IMG/VR virus record: IMGVR_UViG_3300049782_000137
Coordinates: 1 to 37,535 of that record
Length of the DNA stretch: 37,535 nucleotides
Direction: 5' to 3' (one strand)
Source of the DNA: a virus
Lineage: Duplodnaviria > Caudoviricetes
Both the position numbers and the translations under genes were made by a program. A model generated the notes under the pieces. That model was not told the origin of the DNA. It saw only the letters and a program-made list of their open reading frames with translations, and made no database searches. Below are positions 24,802 to 34,182 of the stretch, one piece after another. How positions within the stretch are numbered: position 1 is the first letter of the stretch; each line of letters opens with the position of its first letter.

Positions 24802-25461
24802 TTGGAACATAAAGCGTTTCGCTTTGAAATCAAAGGGATATCTGATTCGGGTGAGTTTGAAGGGTACGCAAGTACAAGGAAAAAGGATAGTTATGGGGAT
24901 GTTGTTGTAAAAGGAGCTTTTAAACGTACCATTGACCATAACAAAGACGGTTTTCCTATTCTTTGGTTTCATGATCCGTCTCAACCGATAGGAAAAAGTA
25001 TTACCTTGGCTGAGGATGATCACGGATTATACACTAAAGGACAGATTGATCTAGATACAGAACTAGGAAAACGCGTATATTCCGGTATGAAAAAAGGCTA
25101 TATTGACCGGATGTCCATTGGTTACAGAACTTTACAAGAGGATTTTGAGGAAGGCACTAGGTTGTTAAAAGAGGTACAGTTATTGGAATATAGCATGATA
25201 ACAAAAGGGTTTGCTGCCAATGACACAGCTTTGATTACCTCTGTTAAGTCGCCCCCTTCTGTTCTGCAGCAAGTGAAACATCTTACATCCAATGATATTG
25301 ATCCACGTTTGATTCAAGACGCAATTAAATCACTGCAAGCCTTATTATCTGCTGACTCGCTGACACGCACTCAGCAGAATGTAACAACGACTGATAACGC
25401 GGATGATTCCACTTACCAGTTGATTCTCAATGAAATGAAAAAATACGTAGGAAGTGATTAG
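24802..25461 (+). CDS. HK97-family prohead protease
   Basis: FEGYAS, DSYGDVVVKGAF, LWFHD, MSIGY. Confidence 0.92.
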   Translation: MEHKAFRFEIKGISDSGEFEGYASTRKKDSYGDVVVKGAFKRTIDHNKDGFPILWFHDPSQPIGKSITLAEDDHGLYTKGQIDLDTELGKRVYSGMKKGYIDRMSIGYRTLQEDFEEGTRLLKEVQLLEYSMITKGFAANDTALITSVKSPPSVLQQVKHLTSNDIDPRLIQDAIKSLQALLSADSLTRTQQNVTTTDNADDSTYQLILNEMKKYVGSD

Positions 25462-25462
25462 A

Positions 25463-26668
25463 ATGAGTGAAGTGTTAAATGAAATGAAGTCCGTGTTTGA
25501 GCAATTTAAACACAAGTATGCAGAACTAGAGACAGAGGTTAAAAAGCAAGGAGAAGCTACTCAGGAGACGAAGAACACATTACAAAATATCAACAATAGC
25601 TTAGATGAACTGAAGAAGGTCAATGAGCGATTAGATGAAGTAGAAACCAAAATGAATCGTCCTATGATTGGCGAAACAGTAGAGAAAAAAGAAATTACTC
25701 CATTACAACAAAAAGCATTTGAAAAGTTCTTACGTTATGGTAGTGGGGAATCATCTAAAACCACCTGGCATCCAGATGAATTGAAGGCTTTGTCTTCTCT
25801 ATCTGACGCTGATGGTGGTTTTTTAGTACCTGCTGATTTTGAAACAAATGTGCTCAAAGTAGCGCAAAACATGGCAGAGGTTCGCCCATATGCCAACGTA
25901 GGTACTACTAACAGAGATAAGGTACAAGTTGGTAAGATTACACAACGTGCAGTAATCGGATGGGGTTCTGAAAGTGTTGCGGTATCTCCTCAAGATTTGG
26001 CATTTGGTTTGGAAGACATGCCAATCAATGAAATGACTGCTCTTGTATTGGTACCTAACTCCACACTAGAAGACTCTGGAGCAGATTTATTTGATGAATT
26101 GTCTTTGCTGTTTGGTGAAGATATGGCAGCCGAAGAAGACAATCAATTCATTGTCGGTAATGGTGTAAACCGCCCAGAGGGTATCCTTTCAAATGCAGAT
26201 GTCCAAGCACGATATGTTGCATCTGGCGTGGCTGCGTCTCTTACTGATGCAACACACAATGGTGTAGATGCTCTGATCCAAGCACAGTACAAACTAAAGA
26301 AAACCTACCGAGCTAATGGAACATGGGCATTTAATAGCGCAACAGAATCCGTTATTCGTCAGTTAAAAGACACTACTGGACAATACTTATGGCAACCGCC
26401 TGTTCAAGCTGGTGCACCTGCAACACTCTTAGGTCGTCCTATCATTAACCCAGAAGGTGCACCTGATATTGCTGCAGGAACTTTTCCTATTGTGTTTGGT
26501 GATTTTCGTAGAGGTTACCGCATCCGTGATCGTCGTGGAATGACCATTCAGCGTTTGGTAGAACGTTACGCAGAATACAGACAAACAGGATTCCTTGTTA
26601 CTAAACGTGTTGGCGGTCAAGTCGTGATGGATGAAGCTTTCGTACCTGTTAAAATTGCCACTAGCTAA
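25463..26668 (+). CDS. HK97-fold major capsid protein
   Basis: N-terminal coiled-coil delta domain, DGGFLVP, LKDTTGQYLWQP, TLLGRP, FGDF. Confidence 0.95.
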   Translation: MSEVLNEMKSVFEQFKHKYAELETEVKKQGEATQETKNTLQNINNSLDELKKVNERLDEVETKMNRPMIGETVEKKEITPLQQKAFEKFLRYGSGESSKTTWHPDELKALSSLSDADGGFLVPADFETNVLKVAQNMAEVRPYANVGTTNRDKVQVGKITQRAVIGWGSESVAVSPQDLAFGLEDMPINEMTALVLVPNSTLEDSGADLFDELSLLFGEDMAAEEDNQFIVGNGVNRPEGILSNADVQARYVASGVAASLTDATHNGVDALIQAQYKLKKTYRANGTWAFNSATESVIRQLKDTTGQYLWQPPVQAGAPATLLGRPIINPEGAPDIAAGTFPIVFGDFRRGYRIRDRRGMTIQRLVERYAEYRQTGFLVTKRVGGQVVMDEAFVPVKIATS

Positions 26669-26709
26669 TAAACTAGTGGCTTTACTATTTCATAGGAGAG
26701 TGAAAATAC

Positions 26710-27102
26710 ATGCATGATGTAAAAAGTAATATCAAACTAATTGAGCATATTGCGGCTGTCTCCCAGAGTGCAGGTGCATCCAATGGTACAGCAGTAGATT
26801 TAAAAGGATTCACCAATGTATCTTTCTTGATTACATGCGGAACTGTTGGATCAAGCGCAACCATTGACGCAAAGGTTCAATATAGCGACAACGGTTCTAC
26901 TTGGACGGATGCGACTACTACCGACACAGGAAGCGCAGTGGCTATTACTCAGAAAACAGCAGCATTCTCTGACCGTTTACATGTCGTGAAACCAACACAT
27001 AGATATTATCGTGTCGTTTCCACTGTTGGAACTGCTGCATCTGTTGTTGGTGTAATGGCTGCTCTTGGTGGCGCACGTCATAAACCTGTTTCTTATAGCT
27101 AA
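26710..27102 (+). CDS. Putative head decoration/structural protein
   Basis: Beta-rich A/T/S/G composition; directly after the capsid gene. Confidence 0.6.
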   Translation: MHDVKSNIKLIEHIAAVSQSAGASNGTAVDLKGFTNVSFLITCGTVGSSATIDAKVQYSDNGSTWTDATTTDTGSAVAITQKTAAFSDRLHVVKPTHRYYRVVSTVGTAASVVGVMAALGGARHKPVSYS

Positions 27103-27112
27103 GGGTGATTAA

Positions 27113-27370
27113 ATGAGAATTCGGATAATCCAAACATGTAAAGGTAGTCCTGACGGCATACAAGTCAATGAATATGAGGCGGGTCAAGTCTATGACTTGC
27201 CTTCTTCACTTGCTCATGTATTTCTAGAGCAGGGGTGGGCTGAGGAAGACAAATCGATATCCAAAGCACCTGAAACAAAAGAGGTGAAGCCTAATGTCAC
27301 TAAGGCTGATAACACCACCAGCAAGCGAACCAGTAACAAGGGAACAGGCAAAAAATCATCTAAGAGTTGA
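27113..27370 (+). CDS. Small hypothetical virion-cluster protein
   Basis: YEAGQVYDLP...FLEQGWAE followed by a Lys-rich tail; SD AAGGGTG. Confidence 0.65.
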   Translation: MRIRIIQTCKGSPDGIQVNEYEAGQVYDLPSSLAHVFLEQGWAEEDKSISKAPETKEVKPNVTKADNTTSKRTSNKGTGKKSSKS

Positions 27371-27800
27371 TATAGATGAAGATGATACCCTAATATCCTC
27401 ACTGATTGTTGTAGCCCGTCAACGTGCAGAAGAGTTCACAAGGCGGGCTTTCATTACTCAAACATGGGAATGGACACTATTCGATTACAACATTCCTCGT
27501 CGATCTGTGACTCTACGATCACAAGGACAACAAATTGATCAGGTTACTCTTGATGGTGTAGAAATGTCTGCTACTCAATATAAGTTGATTAGTGATGATA
27601 TTGTATTTGATCCAATGGTGAAGGGCGTTTTTACCATTCGTTACACTGCTGGTTATGGAGATAACGCGGACGATGTACCCGAACAGATCAAACAAGCGAT
27701 TCTACAGATAGTCGGGCATCTCTATGAGAATAGAGAGAGTCAAGGAATACCGCCGTTAGCAGAGGATTTACTTTCCTTATACAAGGTGTGGATGATATGA
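27294..27800 (+). CDS. Head-tail connector (gp6-like)
   Basis: EPVTREQAKNHLRVD...YTAGYG...IKQAILQIVGHLYENRE. Confidence 0.9.
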   Translation: MSLRLITPPASEPVTREQAKNHLRVDIDEDDTLISSLIVVARQRAEEFTRRAFITQTWEWTLFDYNIPRRSVTLRSQGQQIDQVTLDGVEMSATQYKLISDDIVFDPMVKGVFTIRYTAGYGDNADDVPEQIKQAILQIVGHLYENRESQGIPPLAEDLLSLYKVWMI

Positions 27801-28117
27801 AAAGTGGTCGCCTACGGCATAGAGTAACCATCCAACAGTTTGTACAAGGATCTGATGACATCATTGGTGGAACAATCGACACATGGGAAGATATAACGAC
27901 GATTTGGGCGAAGGTAACTCCACTCAGTAGTAAAGATGTACTTATTTCTCAACAACTAAAAAATGATGCCACTCATCAAGTAGAGATTCGCTATCGATCA
28001 GATATCAATGCTAAAATGCGCCTTATTTATCGAGGAAGGATATTAGACAACATCTCAATCCGAGATATAGACGAATTAAGAAAAGAAATTCGTCTTCTTT
28101 GTTGTGAGGTGAGGTAA
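27797..28117 (+). CDS. Head closure / head-tail adaptor protein
   Basis: GRLRHRVTIQ...WAKV...IRYRSDINAKMRL. Confidence 0.9.
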   Translation: MKSGRLRHRVTIQQFVQGSDDIIGGTIDTWEDITTIWAKVTPLSSKDVLISQQLKNDATHQVEIRYRSDINAKMRLIYRGRILDNISIRDIDELRKEIRLLCCEVR

Positions 28118-28118
28118 G

Positions 28119-28436
28119 GTGGCTTACAAAAGTAGGATTCCTAAAGTCATCAAGCAACTTAGTAAGAACGAGCAGGACGCATTAAATGCAATGGGTTTGT
28201 TTGTAACATCTGAAACAAAAAAGAGAGCACCAGTAGATACAGGTAGATTACGAAGTAGTTATCGCCATGATGTAGGAGATCATTTTGTGAGAATCGGAAC
28301 CAACGTAAAATATGCTATTTATTTGGAATATGGAACGAGAAAGATGAAGGCTAGATCACATCTGGGGCCAGCTATGAGACAAAACAGAAAGAAAATAAAA
28401 GCGTTGGCAGCTAAGTACTTAGGTCGTGGATTATAA
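28119..28436 (+). CDS. HK97 gp10-family neck protein
   Basis: APVDTGRLRSS...YAIYLEYGTRKMKAR. Confidence 0.9.
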   Translation: MAYKSRIPKVIKQLSKNEQDALNAMGLFVTSETKKRAPVDTGRLRSSYRHDVGDHFVRIGTNVKYAIYLEYGTRKMKARSHLGPAMRQNRKKIKALAAKYLGRGL

Positions 28437-28442
28437 GGAGGG

Positions 28443-28778
28443 GTGATGATGTCGAGAACAGTGATACCTATTGATATCAGTAGTGATAGTGGTACTGTAT
28501 TTGTAGCAGATACAGCGGCAAATACAACAGATGGAAACTACTTTATCAATAGTGGTAATGAAATTTTATTCGTAGAAAACGCTGGCGAAACTTCTGTTAC
28601 AGTCACTATTGATTATGTTGCTGATAGATACGGGCGTGATGGAACAAAAACTGTGAGTGTTGCTGCAGGTGTTACAAAAATGATCGGACCATTCGCGAAA
28701 GAACTATACAATCAACCAGGGGAAAGAGTTCATGTCAATGTTAGTGCTGCCTGTGATTTGTGTGTGATTAGCAAATGA
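28443..28778 (+). CDS. Hypothetical structural protein
   Basis: SD AAGGAGG; beta-rich; lies in the neck cluster. Confidence 0.7.
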   Translation: MMMSRTVIPIDISSDSGTVFVADTAANTTDGNYFINSGNEILFVENAGETSVTVTIDYVADRYGRDGTKTVSVAAGVTKMIGPFAKELYNQPGERVHVNVSAACDLCVISK

Positions 28779-29161
28779 TTGATCTACAACGCTTTATTGT
28801 CCAACAGCTAAAACTAGTACATCCACGAATACACCTTGAATTTGTTCCTGAATCCCAAAATGTAGAATATCCTTATGTTGTTTACAACTTCTACGATAGT
28901 GACGAGATGGTAGATCGACGTGAGGATGTTCTTTTAGAGGTGGATGTTTGGGATAAACCTGTGAATGGATCAGCTTTAACCTTGGAAACCTTATCTGATG
29001 CGATTCATCAAAAACTGAACCGACTATTCTACACCGATAACACAAGCGGGTGGAGTTGTCGGTTTTTTCTTGCCAATCGTTTAATGATCCCAGATCCTGA
29101 TCCGACAATCAGACGACGGCAATTGCGTTATGAAATTAGAACATACAGGAGGGATACGTAA
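28775..29161 (+). CDS. Tail terminator/completion protein
   Basis: YPYVVY...LEVDVWD...IRRRQLRY; precedes the major tail protein. Confidence 0.8.
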   Translation: MIDLQRFIVQQLKLVHPRIHLEFVPESQNVEYPYVVYNFYDSDEMVDRREDVLLEVDVWDKPVNGSALTLETLSDAIHQKLNRLFYTDNTSGWSCRFFLANRLMIPDPDPTIRRRQLRYEIRTYRRDT

Positions 29162-29742
29162 TGCCACCATATAACACACATGGGATTACAACTGAAACCA
29201 TTAAGAACATGATGTTTGATGCTGGTGCTGTTTATGTCAATTATGGCGTGACAGGCGAAAGGTTAATTGGAGCTACAAGCGGTGGGAATACATTCACCGT
29301 CGAGCGTGAAGTGAAAATGATTGAGATGGATGGTGCTCGTGGTCCTGTTAAAGGTGCACGAAGAATCACAGAACATAAAGCAATCTTGACCATCAACTTA
29401 TTGGAAATGTCTCCGGAAAACTTTAAGCTCATGCTCACCGCCGCTGATGTAAGTGATGTACTTGATCCAGACGACGGAGTAACCAAAATCGCAGACAAAA
29501 TCAAACCTAGAGACAATATTCTGGATAGTGATTATGTTACAAATGTTGCTCTTGTGACTACCATATCCGGTTCTAGTGAACCTTGTGTGATCATTCTCCA
29601 CAATGTACTGGCCGATGATGAAATTGAATTAGAGCTAGAAGACAAAGAAGAAGGCAAACCAGAAATTGCACTGTCAGCTCATTACGATCCAGCAGATTTA
29701 ACAGATGTACCATACGAAATACATTATCCGGTGGTGACCTAA
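29161..29742 (+). CDS. Major tail (tube) protein
   Basis: DAGAVY...IGATSGGNTF; position in the tail operon. Confidence 0.85.
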   Translation: MPPYNTHGITTETIKNMMFDAGAVYVNYGVTGERLIGATSGGNTFTVEREVKMIEMDGARGPVKGARRITEHKAILTINLLEMSPENFKLMLTAADVSDVLDPDDGVTKIADKIKPRDNILDSDYVTNVALVTTISGSSEPCVIILHNVLADDEIELELEDKEEGKPEIALSAHYDPADLTDVPYEIHYPVVT

Positions 29743-30093
29743 ATGGAAATTCGAGAGTTAAACGTCAAGGACATATTCAAACTAACCTCCATCATTCGAA
29801 AAATGGGAATAAGAAAAGAATTACTAGCTGTTCCTAAACCAAAAAAAGAAGATGGAGATACAAAAGATACAGCTGAGGGGTACGGTATTCAGTTGATTAT
29901 GGTGGTCTTAGAAAACTTGGATCAAGCAGAGAAAGATATCTGTAGTTTCTTTGGTGATCTATGTGGAAAATCAGCAGACGAATTTAAAGCAATGAGCCTA
30001 AAAGAACTTGGTGAATTTATTGCAGAGCTAAGAAAGGTTGAAGGGCTAGGCGATTTTTTTCAATCAGCCTTCAAGACAGCAACGGAGAGCTAA
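29743..30093 (+). CDS. Tail assembly chaperone (G-like)
   Basis: Between major tail and tape measure genes; ends GDFFQ over a slippery site. Confidence 0.8.
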   Translation: MEIRELNVKDIFKLTSIIRKMGIRKELLAVPKPKKEDGDTKDTAEGYGIQLIMVVLENLDQAEKDICSFFGDLCGKSADEFKAMSLKELGEFIAELRKVEGLGDFFQSAFKTATES

Positions 30094-30365
30094 CTGACTT
30101 ATTACTTAGAAGATACGGCGGAGGATATACCCATATTCTAGATATGGATTTAGTGGATGGAGTTGTTGTTATTCGAAAAGCGATAGAAGAATCACAAGCT
30201 GATCGAGCTTATCATCTATGGGCATCCATTTATCCTCATATGGAAAACCCGCCAACGTTCGAAAAGTTCTATCAACCTAATAAATTAGGTGAAAAATCTA
30301 TTAGTAAAGACGAAATCATAGCCAAGGCAGAACGAATCAAATCAGCACACCAGAGGGGAGGGTAA
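30054..30365 (+). CDS. Tail chaperone C-terminal extension (T-like) via -1 frameshift
   Basis: T TTT TTT at 30054-30060; the -1 frame is open from there through ORF 30144-30365. Confidence 0.8.
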   Translation, partial: FFSISLQDSNGELTDLLLRRYGGGYTHILDMDLVDGVVVIRKAIEESQADRAYHLWASIYPHMENPPTFEKFYQPNKLGEKSISKDEIIAKAERIKSAHQRGG

Positions 30366-30368
30366 TTT

Positions 30369-32711
30369 ATGGCAGCCGAGTTATTTCAGTTATTCGGGGA
30401 AATTGCTCTCAAGGGTGATAAAGCTGTTATTCGGAAATTAAAAGTCGTTGATCAGCAAGCAAAGGCACTCGATGAAACCATTCGAGATATTGAAAAGAAA
30501 ATAAAAGTTGAAGTAGACGCCGCTACCGCCAAAGCACAGGCACAGATCGATCATCTAAAAAATGAAATCAATGAACTCAAACAGAAAGATCATACTATCC
30601 ATGTAAAAGCTGATACAAACCAAGCTCTTGGAGCGATCATGGCATTTGCTCCTGCTGTGGCTCCTGTTCTTGGTTCTGTCGTCCTTGCGGCTGGTGGACT
30701 GGCTGCCGCTTTTGGAGCAGCAGGTGCAGGAGCTGCCGCATTTGCAGCCGTTGCAATTCCTTCTCTCAATGGAATATTTGAAGCTTCTAAACAAGTAGAG
30801 GATATCAATAAAAAAATTGCCGAGGCTGACACGACCAAAGAACGAACGGCGGCAATGAAAGAACTTCAAATGGTAATGGGTTCTCTTACTGCAAAAGAAA
30901 AAGAAGCACTGACAGCTCTACAAAACTTCAAATCCTTCTGGGCTGGTTTTGTTGGTTCGTTTAAGAATCCTGTATTGGATCTCTTTATTCGATCACTTGA
31001 CACTCTAAAAACAGTACTCAATCAATTGAAGCCAGTTTTTGAAGCATCGATCACAGCTTTCACAGGGCTATTTAATGGAATAGATAACGCTATAAAAAGT
31101 GGTCAAATGAAGCCCTTCTTTGATTGGTTAGCTGCAAATGCTGGACCAGCGATCACCAATTTTGGGATCATGGCAGGAAATATCCTCGAAGGATTAGCCA
31201 ATATCATGATGGCTTTTGGCCCTGTATCTTCTGACATGCAAACAGGCTTAGTAAGGTTGACACAGAAATTTGCTGATTGGGCAGCAGGGCTATCTAAATC
31301 GCAAGCATTCAAGGATTTCATAGAGTATGTAAAGACGAATGGTCCAACACTACTCACCACTTTCAAAGAAATAATTATTCTTCTCACGAGGTTAACGATT
31401 GCATTTGCGGTAGTTGGTCCAACCATTTTAGAAATCGTAAATGGCATTTTGAAATTGGTTAACTTCTTGATGCAACTTCATCCAGCAGTAGGGGTAGTAG
31501 TGGTGTCCATAGCCAGTTTAGTGGGGGCATTCGCTTTTCTATCTCCTGTAGTCACTGGGATTATTGCTTTATTCGGTATGTTAAAACCAGTATTTACTTG
31601 GCTAAGTCCCATGCTTATGAATGCAAGGATAGGTCTTATGATGTTTGGTCAAGCCATTATGAGCGCTTTAAGGACAGGTCTTACTTGGCTAGTAACTGGT
31701 TTTAGAATTGTTGGAACTGCTATATCTTGGCTGATAGGCTTCATTCCTCGGATTGTGGCAGGATTTATGAACTTCTTGCGGATATTAAACGTGGTACGCT
31801 TATTTCTATTTACCAACCCCTTTGGTATAGCTATCATAGCCATCGCCGCACTAGTTGCCGCTGGTATTTGGTTGTATCAGAACTGGGATACAGTAAAGGT
31901 TTATCTGATAGCAGCTTGGAATGCTATTAAATCAACGGCTATTGGCGTATGGAATGGAATTAAGTCAGTAATATCAACTGTAGGCTCATGGATTTGGAGC
32001 TTTCTTGTAGGCGTATGGAACGGTATAAAGAGTACGGCAATTAGCACTTGGAACATGATTAAGAGTGCTATTTCTTCTGCTATCAACAGCATCAGAAGTA
32101 TCATGACCAGTGTCTGGAACTCCATAAAAAACACTGTTACAAGGGTATGGAACAGCATTAAAAGTAGTGCTGTTAGTGCTTGGAACGGCATTAAATCAGC
32201 AATCTCTAATGGTATTCGATCAGCTTATAACACGGTAAGAGGATATGCTTCTGATTTTATGAGTGCAGGGAAAGCATTATTGGATTCGCTTGCATCGGGG
32301 ATTAAAAGCGGAATAGCAAATGCGGTTAGTGCAGTATCGTCTGGTATGGCTACGATACGTTCTTATTTACCATTCTCACCAGCTAAAGAAGGCCCGTTGT
32401 CTGATCTCGATAAATCAGGTGAATCGTTTTTCCCTACTTTTGCTAGTAGGATGCAACAAGGATTGCGGCCAGCATTAGGAACGATTGATGAGGGGTTAAC
32501 ACAGGCTAGATCATTAATAACACCAACGAATACGGCTATACAATCTACACCGAATGTATCACCAAATATTAACTTTAACCCAACCTATAACATCATTACT
32601 GGATCAAACCTAAGTACAAGGGAACTTAAGAAGTTGATTAAAGAAATAAATGAAGAGCAGTATAGAGAACTTCAACAAAAATTACGAGCCGCTGGTGTGA
32701 GGGGGATATGA
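30369..32711 (+). CDS. Tape measure protein
   Basis: Ala/Gly-rich and hydrophobic segments; 11-residue W-N-x-I-K repeats; LPFSPAKEGPL. Confidence 0.92.
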   Translation: MAAELFQLFGEIALKGDKAVIRKLKVVDQQAKALDETIRDIEKKIKVEVDAATAKAQAQIDHLKNEINELKQKDHTIHVKADTNQALGAIMAFAPAVAPVLGSVVLAAGGLAAAFGAAGAGAAAFAAVAIPSLNGIFEASKQVEDINKKIAEADTTKERTAAMKELQMVMGSLTAKEKEALTALQNFKSFWAGFVGSFKNPVLDLFIRSLDTLKTVLNQLKPVFEASITAFTGLFNGIDNAIKSGQMKPFFDWLAANAGPAITNFGIMAGNILEGLANIMMAFGPVSSDMQTGLVRLTQKFADWAAGLSKSQAFKDFIEYVKTNGPTLLTTFKEIIILLTRLTIAFAVVGPTILEIVNGILKLVNFLMQLHPAVGVVVVSIASLVGAFAFLSPVVTGIIALFGMLKPVFTWLSPMLMNARIGLMMFGQAIMSALRTGLTWLVTGFRIVGTAISWLIGFIPRIVAGFMNFLRILNVVRLFLFTNPFGIAIIAIAALVAAGIWLYQNWDTVKVYLIAAWNAIKSTAIGVWNGIKSVISTVGSWIWSFLVGVWNGIKSTAISTWNMIKSAISSAINSIRSIMTSVWNSIKNTVTRVWNSIKSSAVSAWNGIKSAISNGIRSAYNTVRGYASDFMSAGKALLDSLASGIKSGIANAVSAVSSGMATIRSYLPFSPAKEGPLSDLDKSGESFFPTFASRMQQGLRPALGTIDEGLTQARSLITPTNTAIQSTPNVSPNINFNPTYNIITGSNLSTRELKKLIKEINEEQYRELQQKLRAAGVRGI

Positions 32712-32712
32712 T

Positions 32713-34182
32713 ATGTCTGTAGTTTCTTTTTTTTATAAAGATCGGACAAGTACTATCTATCCTTGGCTTGTGGTAAATAAAATTCATGGCTCTGTTTTAC
32801 CTCCACAAGAGCACAAGTTTTTGCAAATACCAGGGCGAGTATCACAAGTTCATATTGGTAAATCGACAGGATTGAGACAAGAAAAAATTGATATAACCAT
32901 CTATGGTGATACTCAAGAAGAGTTAGCAGAAAGAAAGAGAATCCTTGCGGCATGGCTGGTAACGGACGAACCCGTGACTTTTTATTACTCCTTTGAATCA
33001 GACAAGAGTTACCAAGCAGTATTAGATGAATCAACCGAGATAGATAAAATTGTGACGGACGGAGAGGGGACATTAGTTTTTTCAATCCCTGATCCTGATG
33101 CGTATCGAGCAGAAGAATCATATGACTTTAATCCTAGTGAAATCAGTCCTGTTGTAACTGTTACAAACGAAGGTAGTAAAGAGACATATCCGCGATTTGA
33201 GGGAATCATTACCGAAGATACAACCGAGTTTTCTATCATAAGTGGGGATCAAATTTTATACTTAGGCGAGCCGTTGGAACAAGACAGTCAAACGCCAACA
33301 GAAGGCAGCACGATCATTTTGAATGATGATATGTCTACTACTACCGGATGGACGGCAGGAAACACGGTTGATGGTGGAACAATTCAAGGTTCTTTTAGTA
33401 GCGATGGTTTCCGTTTTACTCAGGCATCTGGTGATTATGGAACAGGTACAACATGGCATGGAGCAGCAGCCATCAAAACATTATCCGAGAGTATACAAGA
33501 TTTCACGGTTGATCTAGATATTCGGTTCGATCAAACAGCAGTAAATCAAATGGGAAGAATTGAGCTTTATTTGTTGGATGCTTCAAACGTCCATATCGGA
33601 AAAATAGCAATCAAAGATATGTTCACTACCTTGGAATCTCCACAATTGGAAGCACGAGCTGGAGCTTTAGCATTGGGAAAAGTATTTGTTGCTTATAGAG
33701 GACCACGTGAGGGATATTGGAAAGACTTTGTTGGTGTGATCCGGATATCGAGAAAGGGAAATAAATGGACGTTCTTCGCTGGTAAAAGAAATCCTACTAC
33801 AAATTTGTTCACACAAACATTCACTTATAGTTATTTTGACGTGAACAATTCTTATACAGATTTATTAAGAGGAATTCAATTACACATAGCACAGTATAAG
33901 ACTAATCCTGTACCAACACCAGCAAACTTTTATATTACAAACCTGAGAGTTACCAAAGAAAACAGTCTGACAAGCGAAGAAGTACCCTATATTTTTTATT
34001 CTGGTGATGAGATCGTAATCGATTGTAGCAGTGGGAAAATCTATCGCAATGATGAACCTATCCTATGGGCTTTCAATCCATCAAGCGACTTTATCAAACT
34101 CCAACCAGGATCAAACAATTTAACTTGTCATCCCTATATTTTATCTGATGGTAAGATTTACTTTAAGGAGCGATGGTCATAA
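32713..34182 (+). CDS. Distal tail protein (Dit) with large central insertion
   Basis: Dit N-terminus (LAAWL...DKSYQA...PDPDAY) and C-terminus (FIKLQPGSNNL...FKERW). Confidence 0.85.
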   Translation: MSVVSFFYKDRTSTIYPWLVVNKIHGSVLPPQEHKFLQIPGRVSQVHIGKSTGLRQEKIDITIYGDTQEELAERKRILAAWLVTDEPVTFYYSFESDKSYQAVLDESTEIDKIVTDGEGTLVFSIPDPDAYRAEESYDFNPSEISPVVTVTNEGSKETYPRFEGIITEDTTEFSIISGDQILYLGEPLEQDSQTPTEGSTIILNDDMSTTTGWTAGNTVDGGTIQGSFSSDGFRFTQASGDYGTGTTWHGAAAIKTLSESIQDFTVDLDIRFDQTAVNQMGRIELYLLDASNVHIGKIAIKDMFTTLESPQLEARAGALALGKVFVAYRGPREGYWKDFVGVIRISRKGNKWTFFAGKRNPTTNLFTQTFTYSYFDVNNSYTDLLRGIQLHIAQYKTNPVPTPANFYITNLRVTKENSLTSEEVPYIFYSGDEIVIDCSSGKIYRNDEPILWAFNPSSDFIKLQPGSNNLTCHPYILSDGKIYFKERWS

